A stretch of 64,000 nt of DNA from a virus: positions 17,932 through 81,931 of the IMG/VR virus record IMGVR_UViG_3300032313_000840; one strand, 5' to 3'. The notes beneath the pieces were generated by a model. The model was not told the origin of the DNA, did not search any database, and saw only the letters and a program-made list of their open reading frames with translations. Made by a program: the position numbers and the translations under genes. Of the stretch, positions 45,135 through 53,584 are shown piece after piece. Every line of letters begins with the position of its first letter. Positions within the stretch are counted from its first letter, which is position 1.

Positions 45135-45386
45135 TTGGCAATGATTAACAAAACCGAGAACAAAATTGGAATTTTCTTGACCCTGACTTACAACAGTAAG
45201 AATGAAGACAAGATGATTTCAGATTACATTGCTGAAATTCAAAAATTGAAGAAGTATCCCTTCAGCAATGTGTTTATCAAAATTCCAATATATATTCTTG
45301 AGAAGTTTTTGAATAAAACCAAAGAGCGTGATTTAATGTATAAAGAGCTTCAATTAAAAGATAAAATTGCAGTAATACATTACTAA
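45135..45386 (+). CDS. hypothetical protein
   Basis: ATAAATA upstream. Confidence 0.55.
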   Translation: MAMINKTENKIGIFLTLTYNSKNEDKMISDYIAEIQKLKKYPFSNVFIKIPIYILEKFLNKTKERDLMYKELQLKDKIAVIHY

Positions 45387-46057
45387 TGCCAATACAAAAA
45401 CGAACAACTGGTGCAGACAATCAAGTATATTCAAACTATAACATTGAACCTACTCAATTAAGCCCTGTTGACTATAACCAAGAAGATCAACAAAAATATT
45501 TACTTGCTTCAATAAATGAAGCAATGAAAAAAGATCTGTTTGTAAGCAAATTCAATCTTGGTGAAAAACAAAAATACAATGGTTCGGATGAACAGATCCA
45601 GACATATGAAAATCTTGAAAATTCGGATCCAACATATGCAAGATACATTGTATCTCAATATGGATCTTATCAGAATTTTTTGTTTGTGAATCAAATTCAA
45701 AAAAACTTCGACAGTGTATTTGATCCAAGATACGATATCAAAACAGATGTTACTGTTTATACAAAAGAAAAAGCATATAAGAGCGACCATATATCACCAA
45801 ATGAAATAATCATGGAAGGTCTGAGTGGAATTTGTACAATTGATTATTTGAAGAAAAATGGAAACAGTGATAGGTTTATTGGTACTTTAAACAAAAATAT
45901 TATTGATTCCAACAAATCTTCTGAAAGAGTTCAATTTTTCAGTCCTCTAAAAGGCAATAGAATTGTAATGTGGAATTTGATCAAAAAAGATTGGTCTTCA
46001 TTTTATGTTGGCGGTCTGATTCGATTTGTCCGTGATGACACAATCGGAATTGAATAA
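45386..46057 (+). CDS. protein with C-terminal WYL_2-like domain
   Basis: IDYLKKNG..R..GTLN...WNL.KKDWSSF. Confidence 0.6.
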   Translation: MPIQKRTTGADNQVYSNYNIEPTQLSPVDYNQEDQQKYLLASINEAMKKDLFVSKFNLGEKQKYNGSDEQIQTYENLENSDPTYARYIVSQYGSYQNFLFVNQIQKNFDSVFDPRYDIKTDVTVYTKEKAYKSDHISPNEIIMEGLSGICTIDYLKKNGNSDRFIGTLNKNIIDSNKSSERVQFFSPLKGNRIVMWNLIKKDWSSFYVGGLIRFVRDDTIGIE

Positions 46058-46066
46058 ATAATATTG

Positions 46067-46240
46067 ATGTCGAATGATTCCAAAAGTTCTGATCATTTAC
46101 ATGCAATACTCTTCCGAGAAGCGAAGATTATTCTTTCAAAATATGAAGATTATCTTCGGGATAAGATTACATCAAAAGAATTAGCAAACAAAATGTTAAG
46201 TCTTCGTGATGCAGTAAAAAGAATAGAAGAGTCAAAGTAA
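46067..46240 (+). CDS. small hypothetical protein (57 aa)
   Basis: ATAAATA upstream; fills gap. Confidence 0.5.
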   Translation: MSNDSKSSDHLHAILFREAKIILSKYEDYLRDKITSKELANKMLSLRDAVKRIEESK

Positions 46241-46279
46241 TTATTGACCAACAGTAACCATGTGTTATTATTGTTGGCC

Positions 46280-47317
46280 ATGATTGTAAACTACGAACCA
46301 AAACTAGATTATTCAGACGCACTCATTGTACCAAGACTTTCGGATGTTAAGTCTCGCAAAGATGTAAATCTTGAAGTTGGTACTACTTTTAATTGTGGAT
46401 CTTCTTGGAGTGGTGTGCCAATCATGGCAGCAAACATGTCCACGGTAGGAACACATCAGATGGCGCTTGTATTGTCAGAATACAAGATGATTACTTGTCT
46501 GAAGAAAGGTGGCGAGTATTATGTTAACTTTGTCACCAGTTATCCAGATAAAGAAAAATATGTGTCATTGACTCTTGGATTGGATTCTGAGAGCAAGTTG
46601 TTTGTTGATACTGCAACGATCAATGATCCTACATTTATTTGCATTGATGTTGCAAATGGTTACATGACAGAGTTTCATAATTTTACAAAGAAAGTGAGAG
46701 AGAAATGGCCGAAGTCAATATTGATGGCAGGGAATATCGTAACCCCAGAGGGGGTCGTGGCATTGTCAGATGCTGGAGCCGATCTAGTAAAAGTGGGAAT
46801 AGGATCGGGGTCGATGTGCCTGACACGCAGAGTAGCCGGAGTGGGATATCCCCAACTCTCAGCGGTCATAGAGTGTGTGGAAACCGCAACAGCGTTAGGT
46901 ATTGGGATCGTATCTGATGGAGGGATTGTACATCCCGGCGATTTTGCTAAGTCTTTTGTGGCTGGAGCTGCATTTGTTATGGCTGGAGGTGCATTTGCAG
47001 GCCATGACGAGTGTGGTGGAGAAATTCGTCACTCCAATAATAACGCATCACTCACGATGCTTCATTATGGTATGTCCAGCAAAACCGCAAATGAAAAATA
47101 CAACGGAGGACTTAAGGATTACCGTGCTTCCGAGGGCCGCACTGTGGAAGTACCTTATCGTGGATCTGTACATCATACCGTTCAAGAAATTCTTGGTGGA
47201 TTGCGCTCTGCTTGTTCGTATGTGGGTGCTTTTAATTTGCCTGAACTGTATTCGCGTGGTACAATGGTTAAGGTCAATCGTACTATAAACAACATTTTTG
47301 AGAATCACGAAATATAA
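46280..47317 (+). CDS. guaC: GMP reductase
   Basis: PIMAANM, CIDVANGY, KVGIGSGSMCLTR..GVGYPQLSA, SDGG, YGMSS, YRASEG, GGLRSACSYVGA. Confidence 0.93.
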   Translation: MIVNYEPKLDYSDALIVPRLSDVKSRKDVNLEVGTTFNCGSSWSGVPIMAANMSTVGTHQMALVLSEYKMITCLKKGGEYYVNFVTSYPDKEKYVSLTLGLDSESKLFVDTATINDPTFICIDVANGYMTEFHNFTKKVREKWPKSILMAGNIVTPEGVVALSDAGADLVKVGIGSGSMCLTRRVAGVGYPQLSAVIECVETATALGIGIVSDGGIVHPGDFAKSFVAGAAFVMAGGAFAGHDECGGEIRHSNNNASLTMLHYGMSSKTANEKYNGGLKDYRASEGRTVEVPYRGSVHHTVQEILGGLRSACSYVGAFNLPELYSRGTMVKVNRTINNIFENHEI

Positions 47318-47445
47318 ATAATTTTAACCCCACTTGAGATAGCATCTCTTGTCCGACAACCTCCATAAAAACTGGAGGTTGTTTCTTTTTTCTTTAATAC
47401 TTTGTGATAAACATAAATAAAATTTGTGTTTGTCTAAATATTTAT

Positions 47446-47943
47446 ATGAAAAAATGTAGAAATTGTAAAATAAACAAACCAATAGAATCTTATCAAAAAT
47501 GGATACACCCAAAAAATAATAAAGAATATATTAGGCATACTTGTAGAAGTTGTATTAATTTGAGAACTCAAAAAAGAAAAACTCCAGCAGATTTGAGAGC
47601 ACAATCAATTAGAGAAAAAAAGAGAAGAGAGGATCCAGCATATCGGATGTATCATGGAGCAAAACAAAGAGCAAAAAAACAAAATCTTCCTTTTGATCTT
47701 GATCAAAAATATATAAAAGATTTAATTCCGACACACTGTCCTGTGTTTGGTATTCCACTTATAAATGGAACAGAAGTTTTTCATGATAATTCTTTGAGTC
47801 TTGATAAATTAATACCTTCTAAAGGTTATGTCAAAGGAAATGTTTGTGTAATATGTGATAGAGCAAATAGAATAAAAAGAGATGCAACACTTGACGAATT
47901 AAAAAAACTGGTGTATTATATTGAAACTAAAGGAGCCTTATGA
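47446..47943 (+). CDS. putative homing endonuclease (HNH-related)
   Basis: CxxC..CxxC; AKQRAK, CPVFG, SLDKLIPSKGYVKGNV.VIC.RAN..K. Confidence 0.75.
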   Translation: MKKCRNCKINKPIESYQKWIHPKNNKEYIRHTCRSCINLRTQKRKTPADLRAQSIREKKRREDPAYRMYHGAKQRAKKQNLPFDLDQKYIKDLIPTHCPVFGIPLINGTEVFHDNSLSLDKLIPSKGYVKGNVCVICDRANRIKRDATLDELKKLVYYIETKGAL

Positions 47944-48503
47944 ATATCTTTGTAGTTGATTATGATGCCGCCACAGCCGCCCAAATGCTTTGTGATTCTC
48001 ATGTAGTTAAAATGATACTAGAATCTTGTCAGTTGCTCTCAACTGCACATCATGTGTTGGATGGTGATCCTCTAGAAGTCAATACTGGTAAGCGTAGATA
48101 TACTACTCATATCTGCACAAAGAAAAATATCTGCAAGGCTGCAATGATTAATCATCCATGCAATATTTGGACTCGTGCCACTAGTGAGAATTATCTTTGG
48201 GTGTGGAAGCATGCATATGCACTGTGCAAAGAATATACTCGCCGTTATGGCAAAGTTCATTCTATGGAATCCATGCTAATGAATGAATTGTATGATTGCC
48301 CTATCAATCTACCAAAAGGTAAGTTGACTGAATTTGTTCAGGCAATGCCTGATCAGTATAAAAATGATAATACTGTTGTAGCATATCGCCAGTATTACTT
48401 GGCTGAAAAAGTTAGATTTGCAAAATGGAAAACTGGAGATATGCCGAACTGGTTTGAAATGCAAGATGCATTTATTGATGTTGACGAATTGATTCCCTTT
48501 TAA
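47940..48503 (+). CDS. pyrimidine-dimer DNA glycosylase/DenV-related protein
   Basis: MNIF.D...CD.HVVKMILES.QLLSTAH, NHPC..W, QAMPD.YK, AYR.YY. Confidence 0.8.
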   Translation: MNIFVVDYDAATAAQMLCDSHVVKMILESCQLLSTAHHVLDGDPLEVNTGKRRYTTHICTKKNICKAAMINHPCNIWTRATSENYLWVWKHAYALCKEYTRRYGKVHSMESMLMNELYDCPINLPKGKLTEFVQAMPDQYKNDNTVVAYRQYYLAEKVRFAKWKTGDMPNWFEMQDAFIDVDELIPF

Positions 48504-49333
48504 CGAGGAATTTTAATTTTTTGTCCAACACTTAATTTGTTTGGATCTAAACCAGGATTTGCTGTTTGAATTTGTTTAATTTTAGCTGGATCACCTTTGG
48601 TTAATTTCCATAAGGTTTCTCCGCTTTGAATTGTATATTCATTATCCGATACTGGTGGTGTTTGTGGTACTGTTTCTTGTTTTGGAGTTTCTTTAACTAC
48701 TGATGTAGTAGTTGGCACTTGAGTTGGATTAGTTGCAGGAGTAGATACTTTTTTTCTTCTTTCTGCTTCTCCTCTGATAAAACCACTTTCTTCTTCCATT
48801 CTTTTTGCAACACCGGGAAGCAGTCTACCTTTGATTGGTATACCTGCTTTTGATTTTCTATACTCATCATTATTTAAAAGTTCATCGGCTGCTTCATCAT
48901 ATTTTCCTGCATTTAATAATGAAACTGCTTTGGGTGATCCACCAAGTACTCCTCTAAAAGAAGAAGAGTATAAACCTTTTTGTGCTTCTGGGCTATAATC
49001 ATCCAAATTTGGAATAATTTTTCTTAATTTTTTAACTTGATCATTTGTATCATCATCAAATAAAGTTTGGGCTTGTTCTCGTGTTATTTTGGATTTTCCA
49101 GAAAAAACATCTTCTGCGTTAAACCCCGGAAAAAGTCTATTAAATTTTGCTTTAGATTGTTTTACATCTTGTAGACTGTGGCCAAATCCAATTGTTGGAT
49201 CATTGGGTCCACCATGTAGACCCAATACGACATCTTCATTTCCTCCAGCCTCTTTTCCATAAACATAATCTTGTAGTTCTTTAATGTTTGGTGGGGCTGG
49301 CGTTTCCAGCAAAAATTCTTTAAATCGCAGCAT
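48500..49333 (-). CDS. phage lysozyme (GH24-like) with C-terminal LysM
   Basis: E....TIGFGH, AGKYDEAADELL; LysM YTIQSGETLW...NPGLDPNKLSVGQKIKIP. Confidence 0.85.
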   Translation of the reverse strand: MLRFKEFLLETPAPPNIKELQDYVYGKEAGGNEDVVLGLHGGPNDPTIGFGHSLQDVKQSKAKFNRLFPGFNAEDVFSGKSKITREQAQTLFDDDTNDQVKKLRKIIPNLDDYSPEAQKGLYSSSFRGVLGGSPKAVSLLNAGKYDEAADELLNNDEYRKSKAGIPIKGRLLPGVAKRMEEESGFIRGEAERRKKVSTPATNPTQVPTTTSVVKETPKQETVPQTPPVSDNEYTIQSGETLWKLTKGDPAKIKQIQTANPGLDPNKLSVGQKIKIPR

Positions 49334-49385
49334 GTTTTATTTTGACTTTCTCTGTCTGGGTGCTATAATATGACAAAGGAAATTT

Positions 49386-49694
49386 ATGAACGTAAAACTA
49401 TTTAGACTAAACTCGGGTGAAGAAATTCTCGCAAGATTTGAAGAGCAAACAGATTCTTGGCTTCTCAAGGATCCCGCAATTCTCATCCCAGTAGGTGAAG
49501 GTAACATTGGTCTAATGCCTTGGCTCATGTACAGCAAGGCTGCTAAGGGTGTAACTATTCCCAAGACCTTCATTGCTTTTACTGTTGAGCCTCTTGATGA
49601 ACTCAAGACTCAGTATGATTCCAGTCTCAATAGAGGACTCGTTACTCCGTCCAAGGCCGTCGATAAGACGGGTGGACTGAAGCTGACGTTGTAA
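49386..49694 (+). CDS. conserved T4-like small beta-barrel protein
   Basis: VKLFRLNSGEEILA...P....L.PWL. Confidence 0.75.
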   Translation: MNVKLFRLNSGEEILARFEEQTDSWLLKDPAILIPVGEGNIGLMPWLMYSKAAKGVTIPKTFIAFTVEPLDELKTQYDSSLNRGLVTPSKAVDKTGGLKLTL

Positions 49695-49697
49695 AAT

Positions 49698-50075
49698 ATG
49701 AATATAGATCATGTGATTGAAAATTATCTTCCGATTGCCAAGCCACTATCGATGGCAATGGAAAGACAAAAGAAGCACATATCTCTGATCATCTATAAGC
49801 GCAAGATTATCGCGGTGGGTCAAAATGTTTTTAAGACCCACCCCGATACTGTGCGTTTGGGATATCGTTGCGCAGATATGCATTCTGAACTGGATGCATA
49901 TAGAAAAGTTCCAAAAAGTCTGCGTGGAGAAAAGTTGGTTTTGTTGAATTTTAGATTCAATAGATTTGGAGATTTTAGAAATTCTAAGCCCTGCCCTGTA
50001 TGTGCTAAGTGGTGTGGAGAAATATTTCATCAAATCTATTATACTAATGATGATGGTATAGTTTGTAACAAATGA
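49698..50075 (+). CDS. cytidine/dCMP deaminase-fold protein
   Basis: HSE plus PCPVC zinc motif. Confidence 0.78.
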   Translation: MNIDHVIENYLPIAKPLSMAMERQKKHISLIIYKRKIIAVGQNVFKTHPDTVRLGYRCADMHSELDAYRKVPKSLRGEKLVLLNFRFNRFGDFRNSKPCPVCAKWCGEIFHQIYYTNDDGIVCNK

Positions 50076-50081
50076 GGTAAT

Positions 50082-50441
50082 ATGGGCGCAAAAGAAACAA
50101 TGAATTCATTTTTTAATTCTATAAATTCTGAAACAAATCCAGTGTTTATTAATGAATCATTTACTAAAAAACAAGTAAATGATTCATTTTATTTGCATGT
50201 TCAAAGATTAACAGATGAGTTTATTAACACAAAAAATGTAATTAATGATGTAATATATCAGTTAAATGAAGTTAAAGAAACTGATAAAATTAATAATAAA
50301 CAAATTCAAGAATTAATAATAGAAGTTAATAAAATTAATGAAAATATTAAAACATTGGAAAATAGTTTAACTATAGTTAATAATAAGTTAAATCAATCTT
50401 TTTTTGATAAACTTAAAAAGTTATTTAAATTATCTAAATAA
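50082..50441 (+). CDS. coiled-coil hypothetical protein
   Basis: GAGG RBS; N-term similar to next gene. Confidence 0.6.
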   Translation: MGAKETMNSFFNSINSETNPVFINESFTKKQVNDSFYLHVQRLTDEFINTKNVINDVIYQLNEVKETDKINNKQIQELIIEVNKINENIKTLENSLTIVNNKLNQSFFDKLKKLFKLSK

Positions 50442-50455
50442 TTATAAGGAACACT

Positions 50456-51103
50456 ATGGGCGTAAAAAATACAATGAATAACTTTTTTACTTCGATGACC
50501 GGTCAAATATCATCGGGGTCTAGTCAAAAAAATATTACCACACCAATGGGACCATTTACTTGGGATGATAACCTACAAATGTGGGTTAACACAAACAACG
50601 GAATGGTAATGTCGAATATAGCATTTCAAGACCAATTTGCTATGATGGATTATGATGTTACCACTGAAACCGGTGTAGCAAATCTTTATGCTGCTCTTAC
50701 TCTTTCTCCTGCAACTTGGGGAGATTTGAGTTCGCCTCAAATTATTACTACAGGTAATAGATTTGCTTCATCAAGTGGACCCCAGCTATTACCTTCTGCC
50801 AATACTAGTAGAGTTCAATTTATTTTTGCAGAAGGTAATCCTACTATTACAATATCAATTACTTCTACTATTACTGGTTCTGGAACTGCTCCGACTATTG
50901 TATATGCTAAAAATAATATTGTATCTACAACATCGGGATTTGCTCCATATAATAATACACCATTTACAATTTCAAATAATGAAACTTTATCTGTTGGTAT
51001 TTCATGTTCTGCATCATCATCTGGCACTGGATCATTGATTGTTACTAATGATACAACAGGAAAAGTTTTAGGCACAATTACAGTCGATTATGCGGTTCCC
51101 TAA
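50456..51103 (+). CDS. S/T-rich putative virion protein
   Basis: CTAAATA plus AAGGA; beta-rich C-term. Confidence 0.65.
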   Translation: MGVKNTMNNFFTSMTGQISSGSSQKNITTPMGPFTWDDNLQMWVNTNNGMVMSNIAFQDQFAMMDYDVTTETGVANLYAALTLSPATWGDLSSPQIITTGNRFASSSGPQLLPSANTSRVQFIFAEGNPTITISITSTITGSGTAPTIVYAKNNIVSTTSGFAPYNNTPFTISNNETLSVGISCSASSSGTGSLIVTNDTTGKVLGTITVDYAVP

Positions 51104-51105
51104 TA

Positions 51106-51387
51106 ATGTATCGTGGTGAATATAAAAAATTCTCTGCTGATGGAACTCTGAACGTATATTCAGCAGGGGATTATGTTTTATATCAAGGAAAACTTTGGAA
51201 AGCACAGTCTAATACAAACAGTGCTCCATGGGAAACAAACAATCCTTGGGAATTTACAGGTACTACTGAAACTTATATTTCAGACAGTATACCAATAAAT
51301 CCTGTCAAAGGTCAGTTTTGGGTTACAAATGGCCGAATGTATGTTTACTATTATGATGGAAACGGTTATTCTTGGGTAGAAATGTAA
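51106..51387 (+). CDS. carbohydrate-binding (CBM5/12-like) small virion protein
   Basis: YSAGDYVLYQGKLWKA....PW....W; P.NP..GQFW. Confidence 0.6.
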   Translation: MYRGEYKKFSADGTLNVYSAGDYVLYQGKLWKAQSNTNSAPWETNNPWEFTGTTETYISDSIPINPVKGQFWVTNGRMYVYYYDGNGYSWVEM

Positions 51388-51593
51388 TGGCCAGAAAAAA
51401 AATTAAAAATCTCAATCGTAAACCTAATGAAAATGCTAGTTATTATTTTGTAGCACATGTTGATTCACAGGGAGAAGTCACCCCTCTTCTCCTTACAGAT
51501 GTGGAATACAAAAAAGCAAAACAAAGAGCAAATAAAAATAAGGAAGATGTGCCAGAAGACTTTATAGTATTCAAACAAGCACATCGTTTATAA
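51387..51593 (+). CDS. hypothetical protein
   Basis: TAATG-coupled; LLLTD.E...A..RA.KN.ED. Confidence 0.6.
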   Translation: MARKKIKNLNRKPNENASYYFVAHVDSQGEVTPLLLTDVEYKKAKQRANKNKEDVPEDFIVFKQAHRL

Positions 51594-51603
51594 ATATTAT
51601 ACT

Positions 51604-51966
51604 ATGTCCATCATTAAAACCATTTTAAATTTTCAAAATGAACTTAGACTCCATCACTGGGGTACTAAATCCTATGCCGCACACAAAGCCCTAGGAAAGG
51701 CTTATGAGTCTATTGATGCTCTTTTGGACACCTTTGCTGAGACCTATATGGGTGCTCTTGGTAAGGAAGAGCTGAAACAAATTAGTGAACTTCAACTAAA
51801 TGGTCCTTATCGCACAACTGCAAATCAAGTATTGAATTCTTTTGAAGATTATTTAATGAATGAACTTCCAAAAGAAATAGATGACTCTCAAACAGAACTG
51901 TTAAATATACGTGACGAGATGCTTGGAGTCGTACAACAAACCAAGTATCTCCTAACGTTAAGTTAA
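51604..51966 (+). CDS. ferritin/Dps-like four-helix protein
   Basis: HW.TKSYA.HKALG..Y..D.F.E.YMG...L.NIRDEM...KYLLTL. Confidence 0.8.
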   Translation: MSIIKTILNFQNELRLHHWGTKSYAAHKALGKAYESIDALLDTFAETYMGALGKEELKQISELQLNGPYRTTANQVLNSFEDYLMNELPKEIDDSQTELLNIRDEMLGVVQQTKYLLTLS

Positions 51967-51976
51967 GGAGTTACAG

Positions 51977-52342
51977 ATGAAAATCCCAGAGCTAGTTTAC
52001 GAAATTCGCAACTTGGCTCGCAAAGAAGAAGATCCCGTCAAAAAGGATCTTTTTTATCAATGCGCCAAATCAATGGAAATTCTTGGCAATCTTGCAAAGA
52101 TATCCGATCTAGCGGTTGCAGAACATGCAGCAGCAGAAGCCCCGGCAATAAACGAAGACGACAACATCAAATGGAATGTCGATGATGTTACTTTAAAAAT
52201 GCTGGATGAGCATATAGATGCTTTGGTGCACTATGGATTCATGGACAAAGATGATAGATGGCCCTATGGCGATCAACCATTTACAAAATTTGTATCAAAA
52301 TATCTAAAATCTCAAATTGTAAACGATTCTAACACCGAATAA
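51977..52342 (+). CDS. hypothetical protein
   Basis: AGGAG RBS. Confidence 0.65.
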   Translation: MKIPELVYEIRNLARKEEDPVKKDLFYQCAKSMEILGNLAKISDLAVAEHAAAEAPAINEDDNIKWNVDDVTLKMLDEHIDALVHYGFMDKDDRWPYGDQPFTKFVSKYLKSQIVNDSNTE

Positions 52343-52911
52343 ACCTTTGGTGGGATAGTTTTATGGCTGAGTACAGCCATATTTGATGGCATAATCTTTA
52401 AAACATACTTGCTATAGTATGGATTTCGCTTGTATGAGTGAAATTTACGAGTTTTTTCCATCAAAAAGTGGCTGTAGATGTACACATGGGCTCGTTTTGC
52501 GTACATTTTGCTGTTAATGGCTAGGTTGAAGTCCTTGATGATCTTCATGGCTCGTCTTTCGCAGTCTCTCTCCATGGCTCGTACAATGAAAAAAGCCCGT
52601 TTTACCTTTTTGAGAGGATAATTTTTGCCTTTTAACCACGCATCAACAATGGTTGATGCCTCATAAGATTTGTTATAAATTTTAGAGCTGTTTATATATT
52701 GCAAAAAATGGCAATATTCGTGTACCAGAACCTGCATAAATTCATTTGCTTTGCCCGCCACGGCAATAGCCTTTCCAGATTCATCAAAATAGCCAGAACA
52801 ACGGAAACCATCTACATTTACATGCTTTCCACGGCCAATAATAAGTTTCATACCGTATTCTGCGAGATGTTGCCTCACAAATTTTACGAACTGACGATTG
52901 CTCTGAGCCAT
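52312..52911 (-). CDS. HExxH zinc-metallopeptidase-like protein
   Basis: LVHEYCHFLQ...ERDCE. Confidence 0.7.
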   Translation of the reverse strand: MAQSNRQFVKFVRQHLAEYGMKLIIGRGKHVNVDGFRCSGYFDESGKAIAVAGKANEFMQVLVHEYCHFLQYINSSKIYNKSYEASTIVDAWLKGKNYPLKKVKRAFFIVRAMERDCERRAMKIIKDFNLAINSKMYAKRAHVYIYSHFLMEKTRKFHSYKRNPYYSKYVLKIMPSNMAVLSHKTIPPKVYSVLESFTI

Positions 52912-53005
52912 AGGGCCTCCTTCAGTCAGAATTATTTAGGGAATTGCTTGACAGTTAGGATATGGGGTGTATATTATTGCAACTTCTTATAAGAAAGGAA
53001 AGTTT

Positions 53006-53242
53006 ATGGAAATTACTACTGTTGATCGTCCGACCAAGATTCAGAGAGTGTTTGATTTTATGCGCAGCGGTGCATCTTTGACTGCTGGCGAGGCTCGCAA
53101 GCGTTTCCGCGTTACTAATATGCGCGCAACGATGCATGATCTCCGTGAGGCTTTTGATCGCTTTGACATGAACTACACCGTAGTTCGTGAGACAAAGAAT
53201 GGTCGTTCGTACTACCGTGTAGTCCGTAATCGGTCTCGTTAA
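53006..53242 (+). CDS. winged helix-turn-helix protein
   Basis: RVFDFMRSG.SLT..EA..RF.V.N.RA.M.DLR; TTGACA promoter. Confidence 0.7.
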   Translation: MEITTVDRPTKIQRVFDFMRSGASLTAGEARKRFRVTNMRATMHDLREAFDRFDMNYTVVRETKNGRSYYRVVRNRSR

Positions 53243-53261
53243 ATTTTAGTAAAGTTTGTAG

Positions 53262-53292
53262 CAACAAAAGCTCCTTTTAGGAGCTTTTGTTG
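53262..53292 (+). terminator. intrinsic terminator
   Basis: CAACAAAAGCTCC..GGAGCTTTTGTTG. Confidence 0.7.
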
Positions 53293-53325
53293 TATTTGCG
53301 TATAAATATAATGTGAGATCTTCAT

Positions 53326-53559
53326 ATGCCTAAAAAAGCCTGTTGTCAATGTGTTGCCAAACGTTCCTGTTGCAATCCAACATTGTATGAAAATTTCATT
53401 ACATTATATGGAAATACAATGTTAACTGCATCTCCCGTACATCCTACTGACATTCTAGTTTTAAGAATGAACAGACCGGGAGTACAACGAAATCCTAGAA
53501 TCTTGTTTAATCCACCAGTCAGTGGAACAGACCCATGTGCATGTGACTGTGAAGGTTAA
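53326..53559 (+). CDS. small Cys-rich late protein
   Basis: TATAAATA upstream; CCQC..CC. Confidence 0.6.
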   Translation: MPKKACCQCVAKRSCCNPTLYENFITLYGNTMLTASPVHPTDILVLRMNRPGVQRNPRILFNPPVSGTDPCACDCEG

Positions 53560-53584
53560 TTAATAAATTTATTTTGGTATAAAA

